A stretch of 47,213 bases of DNA from Cryomorphaceae bacterium (GTDB lineage: Bacteria > Bacteroidota > Bacteroidia > Flavobacteriales > BACL11), in the NCBI GenBank assembly GCA_014384505.1, contig JACNFT010000055.1, positions 1 to 47,213 of the forward strand. Reading direction: 5' to 3'. Positions 27,071-37,300 of this stretch are shown piece by piece. The first letter of the stretch is position 1. The number at the start of each line of letters is the position of its first letter. Made by a program: the position numbers and the translations under genes. Below the pieces are notes generated by a model. The model was not told the origin of the DNA and searched no databases. It worked only from the letters and a program-made list of their open reading frames with translations.

Positions 27071-28474
27071 ATGAAAGTAGAACAAATTTATACAAGCTGT
27101 TTAGCCCAGGGTGCTTATTACATTGAAAGTAATGGCCAGGCTGCTGTGATTGATCCTTTACGTGAAGTTGAGGCTTATATTGAAATGGCGGCAGAAAGAG
27201 GAGCTAAAATTAAATATGTTTTTGAAACACATTTTCATGCGGACTTTGTAAGTGGACACCTTAGCTTGGCAAAAAAAACAGGAGCTCAAATTGTATTTGG
27301 ACCTACAGCAAAAACTAATTTTGAAGCTGTTATTGCTGAGGATAATCAAGTATTTGAAATAGGAAATATAAGCATCAAAGTTTTGCATACACCAGGACAC
27401 ACTATGGAAAGTTCTTGCTACTTACTAAGTAATGAAAAGGGAGAAGATAAAGCTATTTTTTCAGGAGACACCTTGTTTTTAGGTGATGTAGGTCGCCCTG
27501 ATTTAGCACAAAAATCAGATATGACTGAGCAAGATTTAGCAGGAATTTTATTTGATAGCTTAAGAAAAAAAATAATACCTTTAGCGGATGATGTAATTGT
27601 TTATCCTGGGCATGGAGCTGGTTCGGCTTGTGGGAAAAATATGAGTAAGGAAACTGTAGGAACTATAGGGCATGAGAAAGCGAATAATTATGCTTTGCGT
27701 GTTGATATGACTAAGCAAGATTTTATAAATGAACTAATAGATGGAATTTTGCCTCCACCAGCTTATTTCTCAGAAAATGTAAGGTTAAATATTGAGGGAA
27801 CTTCTTCAGTTGATGTGGTTATTGAAAAAGCTTTTAAGCCCGTTTCAGTAGCGGATTTTAAAGAATTTTCAACAAAGAAAAATACAATTATTTTAGATGT
27901 ACGTCATCAAAAAGAATTTGTAAAAGGTTTTATTCCAAATTCTATTTTTATTGGAATTGATGGAGGTTTTGCTCCTTGGGCAGGGGCCATTATTAAAACT
28001 GTTGATACATCAATTTTATTGGTGTGTGATAAGGATAGGTTGCAAGAAACAGCTACTCGATTATCACGTGTAGGTTTTGATAATATACTTGGACATTTGC
28101 AGGGTGGTATTAATGCTTGGGATGTAAATGATTTAGACACTATGCAATCTATTTCATCTGAAAATTTTGCAAGCATTTATAAGAAAAATAATGCTATTCA
28201 TATTGTTGATGTACGTAAAGCGAGCGAATACAATAGTCAGCATATTAGCGGTGCTGAATTGGCTCCTTTAGGTAACTTGGATAAGCAGCACGATAAATTT
28301 ACTACAATAAATGAAAATTTTGTGCACTGTGCAGCAGGTTACCGATCAGTTATTGCTGGTTCATTGCTAAAAAAACAAGGAATTAACAACGTCATTAATG
28401 TTGAGGGAGGCTTTGCTGCTATTAAAGAAACAGCTATTCCTTTGTCTGATTTTATCTGTCCTACAACTTTATAA
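27071..28474 (+). CDS. MBL-fold persulfide-dioxygenase-like domain fused to two rhodanese domains (CstB-like architecture)
   Basis: 467 aa. Metallo-beta-lactamase motif THFHADFVSGH, HTPGHT, PGHGAGS. C-terminal rhodanese with active-site CAAGYRS; the middle rhodanese-like domain has CDKDR. Confidence 0.85.
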   Translation: MKVEQIYTSCLAQGAYYIESNGQAAVIDPLREVEAYIEMAAERGAKIKYVFETHFHADFVSGHLSLAKKTGAQIVFGPTAKTNFEAVIAEDNQVFEIGNISIKVLHTPGHTMESSCYLLSNEKGEDKAIFSGDTLFLGDVGRPDLAQKSDMTEQDLAGILFDSLRKKIIPLADDVIVYPGHGAGSACGKNMSKETVGTIGHEKANNYALRVDMTKQDFINELIDGILPPPAYFSENVRLNIEGTSSVDVVIEKAFKPVSVADFKEFSTKKNTIILDVRHQKEFVKGFIPNSIFIGIDGGFAPWAGAIIKTVDTSILLVCDKDRLQETATRLSRVGFDNILGHLQGGINAWDVNDLDTMQSISSENFASIYKKNNAIHIVDVRKASEYNSQHISGAELAPLGNLDKQHDKFTTINENFVHCAAGYRSVIAGSLLKKQGINNVINVEGGFAAIKETAIPLSDFICPTTL

Positions 28475-28477
28475 AAT

Positions 28478-29086
28478 ATGAGTAAGGAGCATTGGGAAAA
28501 TATATATGCAACTAAAGATATGCAAGAAGTAAGTTGGTTTCAAAAAGTTCCTACAACTTCTTTGGAATTAATTAATCAAGTTGCTGAAAATAAGCAGGAC
28601 GCAATTATTGATATTGGGGGTGGTGATGGATTTTTGGTTGATAATTTACTTGCATTAGGATATACTGATATTACAGTTTTAGATATTTCCAAAAATGCAA
28701 TTGATAGAGCAAAAAAACGATTAGGTAAGTTGGCTGAAAAAGTAAAATGGATAGTAGCTGACATTAATGAATTTGTTCCTAATAAAGAGTATGTCATTTG
28801 GCATGATAGAGCAGTGTTTCATTTCTTAACGGAGCAGCAAGACAAAGAAAATTATCGTATATTAGTAAATACAGCTGTTAGCGGTTATTTTATTTTAGCT
28901 ACTTTCTCAGATCAGGGGCCAGATAAGTGTAGTGGATTGGAAATTTGCAACTATGCTAAGCAGGATATTCAAGCTTTTTTTTCTTTTAATTTCAGAATGA
29001 TACGCTCCTTTAAATACAACCATCCAACCCCATTTGGTTTGTACCAGAATTTTATATTTTCAGTCTTTAGTAAGATGAACGAATAA
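28478..29086 (+). CDS. class I SAM-dependent methyltransferase
   Basis: 202 aa. HWENIY...VSWFQ N-terminus and SAM motif I IIDIGGGDG. 3-nt gap from the upstream gene. Confidence 0.8.
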   Translation: MSKEHWENIYATKDMQEVSWFQKVPTTSLELINQVAENKQDAIIDIGGGDGFLVDNLLALGYTDITVLDISKNAIDRAKKRLGKLAEKVKWIVADINEFVPNKEYVIWHDRAVFHFLTEQQDKENYRILVNTAVSGYFILATFSDQGPDKCSGLEICNYAKQDIQAFFSFNFRMIRSFKYNHPTPFGLYQNFIFSVFSKMNE

Positions 29087-29135
29087 GAATTCATTTTTTT
29101 TAGAAAATATTAGCTAATTAACACATAAATTATTA

Positions 29136-29143
29136 TATTTTTG
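29136..29143 (+). promoter_or_regulatory. -7 box TATTTTTG upstream of the T9SS-cargo gene
   Basis: TAnnTTTG match 27 nt upstream of the ATG at 29171. It overlaps the track's TTG start at 29141, which argues against that start. Confidence 0.45.
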
Positions 29144-29170
29144 TATACTAAATTAACTAAAAAAGTTATC

Positions 29171-31195
29171 ATGAATAAATTTTATTTCACAATAGGACTA
29201 TCAATATTATGCCTTTTTGCTTTTGCCCAATGTCCAACAGGGCAAACTGAAGTTACCATTGATGTAGGTACAGATAACTATGGATATGAAATTTATTGGG
29301 AATTAGCACCTACAGGAAGTAATTGTGGTAGTACAGCAATACTTTTTTCAGGTGGAAATTCTGCTGTTGGCTGTAATGCTAATAATGTAAATTCTGGAGG
29401 CTATTCTAGTAATACTGTAATTTATGAAGGTCCTTGGTGCTTAACGGATGGAGCTAGTTATGATATTATATCACGTGATGGTTATGGTGATGGAATGGCT
29501 AGTTTTGTGACTAATATTGGTTCCTGGCCTATGTATAATTTCTCTCATGGAAATTCTAATAATGAAACTTTTACTTTCTCTGTTGTCCCTCCTCCTGCAA
29601 TTGATGGTGCAATGCTAAACATTAAAACTCCTTCGTATATTTTAGTTGGTAATATTAATTTAGAAGCAAAAATTAAGAATTTGGGTTCTATGACTATTAA
29701 TTCTATAGATGTTAACTATACTATTAATGGGGGTGCTATTGTTAGTCAAAACTTATCAGGATTAAATATTTATGCGCTTACATCATATGATTTAACTCAT
29801 CCTACAGTTTGGACTCCTGCTACAACAGGAGCTTACTCTGTTGAATTATGGATTTCCAATATTAATGGACAAGGCGTAGATGCAGTGCCTTCTAATGATA
29901 ATTTGATAAAAACAATTAATGTTAAAGATCCTATTCCAAACATTATTCCATCTTATACTTCAGTTAATAATACTTTCACATATGATGTGATAGTGAACTC
30001 TAGTAATCAAATTAATCAGCCAAGAGATTTAGATTTTCATCCTAATGGAGATTTATGGATTATAAATACAGGCACTGAAAACTCAGGAGGTAGTACGGTA
30101 AAAGTGACAAATCCTGGAATGACTTCTCAAAACTCACTTTGGGAACAAGATGGAAATGCATGGCACTTTATGTCTTTACCTTCAGCAATTGCCTTTAGTG
30201 ATAATGGTAATTTTGCAACTTCAACTTCTGTCTTAGATGCCAATCATGGTGGAAATCAATTTACAGGTCCCACATTATGGTCGTCAGATCCTTTAATTTA
30301 TGCTAAAGATGCAGGTCCTGGAACTAATGGATCTCATTTAGATATGTTACATGCAAGTCCATACTCAATGGGAATTGCATCAGAAAAAGATAATGTTTTT
30401 TGGGTGTATGATGATTATAGTAATGATATAGTTCGTTATGATTTTGCAGAGGATCATGGTCCTGGTAATTCTGATCATGATGATGGAGAGTTAATAAGAT
30501 ATCAAGGAATGGGGCTTAGTGCAATTAATCATACTATTGTAAATCATTTAGTATTAGATGAAGATAAAAAGTGGTTATATTTTGTAGATGGAGGGAATCA
30601 AAGAGTATTACGATTAGATATTACGAATGGAACAGCTATTCCAGCACCATCTTCATTTTTACTGCAAGAAACTCTAGCTGAATATCAAAAGATGACTGGT
30701 TTTTCTTGGGAGGAAGTAGTAATAACAGGTTTAGTTCAGCCTGCAGGAATTGATATTATTGATAATAGCTTAGTGGTTACTGACCATAGTAATGGTGATA
30801 TTGTTTTTTATGATGTAAATACTATTCCTGCAACTGAAATTGGAAGAATACAAACTAATGAGCCAGGGATTATGGGTGCTGTAATAGGTCCTAATGGAAA
30901 GCTTTGGTATGCTAATGCAACTTTAAATAAGGTTGTTAAAATTGAGCCTTCAACTATTATATCAGATGTTGTAGAAAGTCAATTCGTTTTAAATGGAAAC
31001 CGTATTTTTCCCAATCCGGTTTCTAATACCCTACATTTTACAAAAAATGCTACATTTGCAGCTGTATTTGATATCAATGGTAAATTAATTTTATCAGCAA
31101 ACAATAATATAAAAGCTATTGATGTTAGTATGTTGAATGAAGGAGTTTACTTTATTGATGTAGATGGTGTCAAATCAAAATTTATAAAATATTAA
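29171..31195 (+). CDS. T9SS-secreted multidomain protein (Cys-containing GYGDG N-domain, Ig/CARDB-like module, propeller-like region, type-A sorting CTD)
   Basis: 674 aa from the ATG at 29171, with signal peptide MNKFYFTIGLSILCLFAFAQC. The C-terminus FPNPVSNTLHF...FDINGKLI...LNEGVYFIDVDGVKSKFIKY matches the T9SS (Por) C-terminal domain. Confidence 0.85.
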   Translation: MNKFYFTIGLSILCLFAFAQCPTGQTEVTIDVGTDNYGYEIYWELAPTGSNCGSTAILFSGGNSAVGCNANNVNSGGYSSNTVIYEGPWCLTDGASYDIISRDGYGDGMASFVTNIGSWPMYNFSHGNSNNETFTFSVVPPPAIDGAMLNIKTPSYILVGNINLEAKIKNLGSMTINSIDVNYTINGGAIVSQNLSGLNIYALTSYDLTHPTVWTPATTGAYSVELWISNINGQGVDAVPSNDNLIKTINVKDPIPNIIPSYTSVNNTFTYDVIVNSSNQINQPRDLDFHPNGDLWIINTGTENSGGSTVKVTNPGMTSQNSLWEQDGNAWHFMSLPSAIAFSDNGNFATSTSVLDANHGGNQFTGPTLWSSDPLIYAKDAGPGTNGSHLDMLHASPYSMGIASEKDNVFWVYDDYSNDIVRYDFAEDHGPGNSDHDDGELIRYQGMGLSAINHTIVNHLVLDEDKKWLYFVDGGNQRVLRLDITNGTAIPAPSSFLLQETLAEYQKMTGFSWEEVVITGLVQPAGIDIIDNSLVVTDHSNGDIVFYDVNTIPATEIGRIQTNEPGIMGAVIGPNGKLWYANATLNKVVKIEPSTIISDVVESQFVLNGNRIFPNPVSNTLHFTKNATFAAVFDINGKLILSANNNIKAIDVSMLNEGVYFIDVDGVKSKFIKY

Positions 31196-31196
31196 C

Positions 31197-31655
31197 ATGA
31201 AGTTGAAAGAAATATTCAAAGTAGTTTTTTCTATTGTGATGGCCGTATTTATACTGTCTGTTTCAATGGGAATGAATATTTCCAAAATGAATTGTGATGA
31301 AGATGGAAGTGTGTACCTAGGTATTGAAGTTCCTTCTTGTAGTGAGGAATATGAAGTGGTTTGTAATGAGGAACAAGAAAAAGTTTCGTGTTGTATGCTT
31401 GAGGTTGTAAAATCATGTTGCCCTGAAACTAATGATGAATCCTGCGCAAGTAGTACTCAGAATATTCATTATGATTTTGAAACTATATTAACTGTTTTTG
31501 AACATGATTTTTCAGCAAAAGCTAGTTTACTTTCTTTCTTCAATTCGTATGATAGTAAATCATATTTTGTAAAAGTTAATAATTATTTTAGTGGTATACC
31601 ACCACCTAAGCTGAACAAACCTGAATTATCTCAAATACAATCATTTTTACTATAG
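31197..31655 (+). CDS. HYC_CC_PP-like Cys-rich, N-terminally anchored membrane protein
   Basis: 152 aa with N-terminal TM. Paired Cys (VSCCMLE, KSCCPE) and C-terminal GIPPPKL...QSFLL. Resembles the Bacteroidota HYC_CC_PP family as I recall it (HYC is MNC here). Sits 1 nt after the upstream stop. Confidence 0.55.
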   Translation: MKLKEIFKVVFSIVMAVFILSVSMGMNISKMNCDEDGSVYLGIEVPSCSEEYEVVCNEEQEKVSCCMLEVVKSCCPETNDESCASSTQNIHYDFETILTVFEHDFSAKASLLSFFNSYDSKSYFVKVNNYFSGIPPPKLNKPELSQIQSFLL

Positions 31656-31699
31656 GATTAACTCTTGTTAACTAGAGTTTTAATTTTATAAAATAAAAA

Positions 31700-33910
31700 A
31701 TGAAAAAGATAATAATTATTGCAATAGTGCTTATTGCAAGTTTAAATACAAAAGCACAAAATCAAATAATAGGAAAGGTTGTTGAAATAATCAAGGATGG
31801 ATCAGAACTTCCAATTCCTGGAGCTAATGTGTATTGGGAAGGGACTACAACTGGTGCAGCTACTGAGGGGGATGGAAATTTCTCAATTGTTGAACCAACT
31901 TCATTTCCTGCAACTATAGTCGTGAGTTTTGTGGGCTATCAACAATATACTCAGCTGATAGAGGCTAATACTCAACTTCAGATATACCTTACTCCATCCC
32001 TTGAACTAAAAGAGGTAAAAGTAAAGGGGAAGGTAAATACAACTAAGTTCTCTACAGTTAACTCTATTAATATGCAAACCCTTTCAACTGGTGAGTTGGA
32101 AAAAGCAGCCTGTTGTAATCTCTCGGAAAGTTTCAGTACAAACGCTACTGTTGATGTTAATTTTACTGATGCTGTTTCGGGAGCTAAGAAAATTCAAATG
32201 TTAGGTTTGGATGGTGCTTATACGCAGATAACACAAGAAAACATGCCTTTAATAAGAGGGATTTCCTCTGCTTATGGTTTGAGTTATGTCCCAGGTACTT
32301 GGATAGAATCGATACAAATTATAAAAGGAAGTGGTTCAGTTGTGAATGGTTTTGAATCCTTTGCCGGTCAGATTAATTTGGAATATTATAAGCCAGAATC
32401 AGCTCCTAAATTATTTTGGAATGGCTATACGAATTCTGAAGGAAAATTAGAAAATAATTTGTTGTTTGCTAAAAAAGTAGGAGCTTGGAAAAGTAATCTG
32501 TTTACACATGTTTCTTATTTTGACGGAGAGCCAGACCACAATGAAGATATGTTTTTAGATGTGCCAAAAGTAAAGCAGGTAAATATGTTAAACAGATGGG
32601 ATTATAAGGGGGATGGGAGTTATCACATTTCATTAACTGCAAGAGGCTTAGTTGAGGATAGATTAGGAGGGACTATCGAAAATGCGATTAACCCCTATGA
32701 TGTTAATATTCATAATGACTTATTAGAGTTTACTTCAAAAACTGGAGCTATACAACCAAACTCTCCTGGTAAAAGTGCAGGTTTGCAAACTTCTTTCAGA
32801 AGGCATAATCAAACGGCTATTTTTGGAGAGAATAATTACAAAGGCTTACAGGAAAGTGCATACCTTAATCTTATCAGACAAACTTATATTGGAAGTACTA
32901 ACCATAAATTGAAATATGGAACAAGTTATTATGCGGATAGATATACCGAAAGTTTTTCAGGACATATTGATACTGCTTTTACCGATAACGTAAGAGTAGA
33001 TTTGATGACAGGTGTTTTTTCAGAGTATTCTTACAAATGGGGTGAAAGTTTTAATTTGACTGCTGGAATACGTGCAGATTATTACAATAATTCTGAAGAA
33101 ATAAATTATCTACCAAGGTTAAATATGAAATACAATCCAACAGAAAAAATGGCAATTCGTTTTTCAGCAGGAAAGGCTTTTCGTGTAGCTAATGTGTTTG
33201 TTGAAAATGCTTCTTTTTTAGCTTCTAATAGAGAAATTTCAGTTGGCAATTTAAATCCTGAAATAGCTTGGAATTATGGTGCGAACATTACGTATTGTTT
33301 TTATCTCTTTGGAAGAGAAGGTACTATTAATGCAGATGCCTATCGTACTGATTTTGAAAATCAAATTGTGGTTGATATTGAAAATCAAAATGAGTTATCG
33401 TTTTATAATTTAGAAGGAGATTCCTATGCAACTAGTATGCAATTGGATTTTGCTTATGAGTTGTTTGATCGCTTTGATATAAAGATGGCCTATAAGATAA
33501 ATGATGTGAAAAGCACCTATGATGATGAGGGAATTAAAGAATCTCCGCTTACTCCAAAAGATAGAGCATTATTAAATCTTTCTTATGCTACTAATTTTGA
33601 TAAATGGATGTTTGATGTTACGGCTAACTATGTAGGTGAGAGTAGGATTCCTAATCATAATTTAAATTCAGATCCATCTGTTTTGAATAATTTTTCAGAC
33701 CCATTTTACTTGTATAATACTCAAATAACCAAGAAATTTCGCAAATTTGATGTGTATGTTGGGGGGGAAAATTTACTAGGTTATGTCCAGAAAAATCCAA
33801 TATTAGGAACACCTATTCCAAATTCAGATACTGCTTTTGATGCTTCATTAATTTATGCGCCCATTAATGGTAGAATGATATATGCAGGATTTCGATTTAA
33901 AATTAAATAA
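31700..33910 (+). CDS. TonB-dependent receptor with N-terminal carboxypeptidase-regulatory-like domain
   Basis: 736 aa with signal peptide. CarboxypepD_reg signature GKVVE...PIPGANVYWEGTTTGAATEGDGNFSI; plug IQIIKGSGSVVNGFESFAGQINL; C-terminal YAGFRFKIK. Confidence 0.85.
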   Translation: MKKIIIIAIVLIASLNTKAQNQIIGKVVEIIKDGSELPIPGANVYWEGTTTGAATEGDGNFSIVEPTSFPATIVVSFVGYQQYTQLIEANTQLQIYLTPSLELKEVKVKGKVNTTKFSTVNSINMQTLSTGELEKAACCNLSESFSTNATVDVNFTDAVSGAKKIQMLGLDGAYTQITQENMPLIRGISSAYGLSYVPGTWIESIQIIKGSGSVVNGFESFAGQINLEYYKPESAPKLFWNGYTNSEGKLENNLLFAKKVGAWKSNLFTHVSYFDGEPDHNEDMFLDVPKVKQVNMLNRWDYKGDGSYHISLTARGLVEDRLGGTIENAINPYDVNIHNDLLEFTSKTGAIQPNSPGKSAGLQTSFRRHNQTAIFGENNYKGLQESAYLNLIRQTYIGSTNHKLKYGTSYYADRYTESFSGHIDTAFTDNVRVDLMTGVFSEYSYKWGESFNLTAGIRADYYNNSEEINYLPRLNMKYNPTEKMAIRFSAGKAFRVANVFVENASFLASNREISVGNLNPEIAWNYGANITYCFYLFGREGTINADAYRTDFENQIVVDIENQNELSFYNLEGDSYATSMQLDFAYELFDRFDIKMAYKINDVKSTYDDEGIKESPLTPKDRALLNLSYATNFDKWMFDVTANYVGESRIPNHNLNSDPSVLNNFSDPFYLYNTQITKKFRKFDVYVGGENLLGYVQKNPILGTPIPNSDTAFDASLIYAPINGRMIYAGFRFKIK

Positions 33911-33929
33911 TAATTAAATAAATAATAAC

Positions 33930-34301
33930 ATGAAAAAAATATTCATTGCCTTATTCAGCATTTTAACTATAAATGCTTGGGCACAAAAAGAAACAGTACA
34001 GATTAAAACTTCAGCAGAATGTGTTGCTAATTGTTGTAAAGATAGGATTGAAGAAGAAATGCAGTTTACAAAAGGAGTTACTGCAGTAAATTTGGATGTA
34101 GAAAGTCAAGTTTTAACGGTTACTTTTAAAACGAAAAAGAACTCAGTTGAGAATATTAGAAAAATTATTTCAAATCTTGGTTATAATGCTGATGATGTAA
34201 GGGCCAATGAGAGTGCTCATAATGCTTTGCCTAATTGCTGTCAAAGTCTTGATTTTACAAAGCCAAAAGTTAAAAAATTTCAATTGAAAAAGCCTGATTA
34301 A
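33930..34301 (+). CDS. periplasmic heavy-metal-associated (HMA) fold protein with variant Cys site
   Basis: 123 aa with signal peptide ...INAWA/QK. HMA beta-alpha-beta-beta-alpha-beta pattern (VQIKTS..C..RIEEEM...GVTAVNLD...VLTVTF...IRKIISNLGYNA). The metal site is ECVANCC rather than MxCxxC, with an extra LPNCCQS. Confidence 0.7.
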   Translation: MKKIFIALFSILTINAWAQKETVQIKTSAECVANCCKDRIEEEMQFTKGVTAVNLDVESQVLTVTFKTKKNSVENIRKIISNLGYNADDVRANESAHNALPNCCQSLDFTKPKVKKFQLKKPD

Positions 34302-34328
34302 TTTTTAAAGGAAGTTTTTTCAATCTTT

Positions 34329-37300
34329 TTACATCATTTTATTTATAATATCTATTGCTGATTCTGCAATTACTGTACCGGGGCCAAACACACCACTCAC
34401 TCCAGCATTGTATAGGTAATCATAATCTTGCTGGGGAATTACACCTCCTGCAATCACTAAAATATCATCACGACCATATTCTTTTAGAGCTGCAATTACT
34501 TGCGGAACTAATGTTTTGTGTCCTGCTGCTAATGAGGATATTCCTAGAATGTGAACATCATTTTCAACTGCTTGTTTAGCTGCTTCCTTTGGGGTTTGAA
34601 AAAGAGGTCCAACATCAACATCAAAACCTAAGTCAGCAAATGAAGTTGCTATTACTTTTGCTCCTCTATCGTGTCCGTCCTGTCCCATTTTGGCAATCAT
34701 AATTCTTGGTCGTCTTCCTTTCTTTATTGCAAACTCATCCGACAAGGCAAGGGCTTTTTTAAAGGTTTCGTTATTTTGTATTTCCATTTTATATACTCCT
34801 GAAATAGTTTGATTTTTTGCAATATATCTTCCGAACACTGTTTCCATAGCATCTGATATTTCTCCTAGTGTTGCTCTTTCTCTTGCTGCTATTACTGCCA
34901 GTTCCAATACGTTTCCTGTGTTGTTTTTACAAGCTAAAATTAGTGCATTTAAGGATGCTTTTACTTTTTCACTATCTCTGCTTGCTTTTATGCTATTGAG
35001 CCTTTCAATTTGTAATTTTCTAACAGAAGTATTGTCAACTTCCAATATTTCAAGTTCTTTATCTTCTTTGGTTAAGCGATTTGTATTTACACCAACAATA
35101 ATATCCTTTCCACTATCAATTCTTGCTTGTTTTCTTGCAGCAGCTTGTTCAATTCTCATCTTTGGAATTCCTGTCTCAATAGCTTTTGTCATACCACCAA
35201 GTTCTTCTATCTCCTGAATGTGTTTCCAAGATTTTTCAGCTATCTCCTGTGTTAATTTTTCAACATAGTAAGAGCCACCCCAAGGGTCAACTGTATTGCA
35301 AATTCCTGTTTCTTTCTGTAAATATATTTGAGTGTCTCTAGCAATTTTTGCTGAAAAATCTGTCGGTAGTGCAATAGCCTCATCTAAAGCATTGGTGTGT
35401 AAGCTCTGTGTTCCACCCATTACAGCTGCCATTGCTTCTATACATGTTCGGGTAATATTATTAAACGGATCTTGCTCTGTTAAGCTCCAGCCACTAGTTT
35501 GGCAATGTGTACGTAAGGCTAATGATTTCGGATTTTTTGGATTGAATTCTTTCACCATTTTTGCCCAAAGCATTCTTGCAGCTCTCATTTTAGCAATTTC
35601 CATAAAGTGATTCATTCCTATGCCCCAAAAGAAAGATAATCTTGGTGCGAATGTATCAATTTCCATTCCTGAAGCAATTCCTGTTTTTATATATTCTAAT
35701 CCATCAGCTAGAGTGTAAGCTAACTCAATATCAGCTGTTGCACCTGCCTCTTGCATGTGATAACCTGAAATAGAAATACTATTATATTTTGGCATATTAT
35801 TTGAAGTGTACTCAAAAATATCAGAGATAATACGCATAGAATGTTGTGGTGGATAGATATAGGTATTACGCACCATAAATTCTTTTAGAATGTCATTCTG
35901 TATGGTTCCTGAAAGTTTTTCTAAGGATACTCCCTGTTCCTGAGCAGCTACAATATAGAAGGCTAAAATGGGTAAAACGGCTCCATTCATAGTCATTGAA
36001 ACAGACATTTTATCCAGTGGAATCTGATTGAATAGAATCTTCATATCCTCAACAGAATCAATTGCAACTCCTGCCATACCTACATCACCAACTACTCTTT
36101 CATGGTCGGAATCATATCCTCTGTGAGTTGCTAAATCAAAAGCTACTGAAAGTCCTTTTTGACCAGCAGCTAAGTTTTTTCTGTAGAACTCATTGGATGC
36201 TTCTGCCGTTGAAAACCCTGCATATTGCCTTATTGTCCAAGGACGCATAACATACATAGTTGAATAAGGTCCTCTTAAACTTGGCGCTAATCCAGCAACA
36301 AAATTTAAGTGTTCAACTTCTTTAACATCTTGTTTTGTATATTGACTTTTAATTTCAATTTGCTCAGGGCTTATCCAAGTTAGCTTATTGTTAATTCCTT
36401 CTTTGTTCGTATTTTCTAAGTTATAATCTTTTAATAATTCATTTACTAAATAATCAATATAGTATGCACCCTTTGTTGGGTCGCTTACCTTATCCAAATA
36501 ACTTTCTTGCCTAAGTATAGTTTGCTGATTTCTTGCAATTCTTTCAGAAAACTCTGTTGGCATTTCAAAGCTATGATTGTAGGAATTAATCATAATTGCA
36601 TTGGCTCCCCCAAAAATTGCTGACATACATTCTGTAGTACTTCTAAGAATATTATTATAAGCATATTCTTGTTCTTTATTGCTAAGCGAGCTTGAAGCAA
36701 AAATAAATGGAGTAGTTCCTGTTTTTTCTTCCCAGAGTATTCTAAATGCTTTAAGTTTTGCAATCTCTAAAAAATAGTTACTACTTATTTCAAAATGAAA
36801 TTGGATATTTTTTATCGTATCAATTCCTTTTATAAAAGCAGTGTCAATTTCTTCTTTAGCCGTCTTTCCTTTAGCAAAAATGGTACTTAATAGAGTAGTG
36901 TCTTCTATTCCGTGAAAAGCACCTTTTACATTTTTTCCTTTTGAATATTCCTTCCATTGAGATATAAATTCAGCATCATAATCTTTAAAATCAATTCTGA
37001 TGTGTTCTATTTCAATGCCTTTTAGTAAAATCGCTAGTTTGTTTGGGTTAGTGAAACATAATCCACTTACATCATTTTGTAAAGCTTCTAATGCTCTTAT
37101 ATTTCCTTCTTTTGGGTTTTTTGCATTAATAAGCTGATAGCTTTCCCAATTGTCAGGAAAAGAACTATTGAAAACAGGAGTGTTGTCGTTAGCATGATAA
37201 ATAGGAAAAATCTCAATACCTTGAGCATCTGAAACTAATTTTTCATTATAATCAGCTCCTTTTAGGTCAGTTGTGATTTTCTCAATCCATTCCTTTTTTG

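Noticed and set aside
29071-29101. Terminator after the methyltransferase gene (atgaa...ttcat followed by T8)
   Set aside because: The stem is only 5 AT-rich base pairs, too weak to call. The operon boundary is instead suggested by the downstream TAnnTTTG box.
19769-34301. Genomic island, mobile element or defence locus interpretation of the accessory-looking core
   Set aside because: No integrase, transposase, tRNA target, flanking direct repeats, phage genes or recognisable defence domains. No base composition difference from the flanks was visible by eye.
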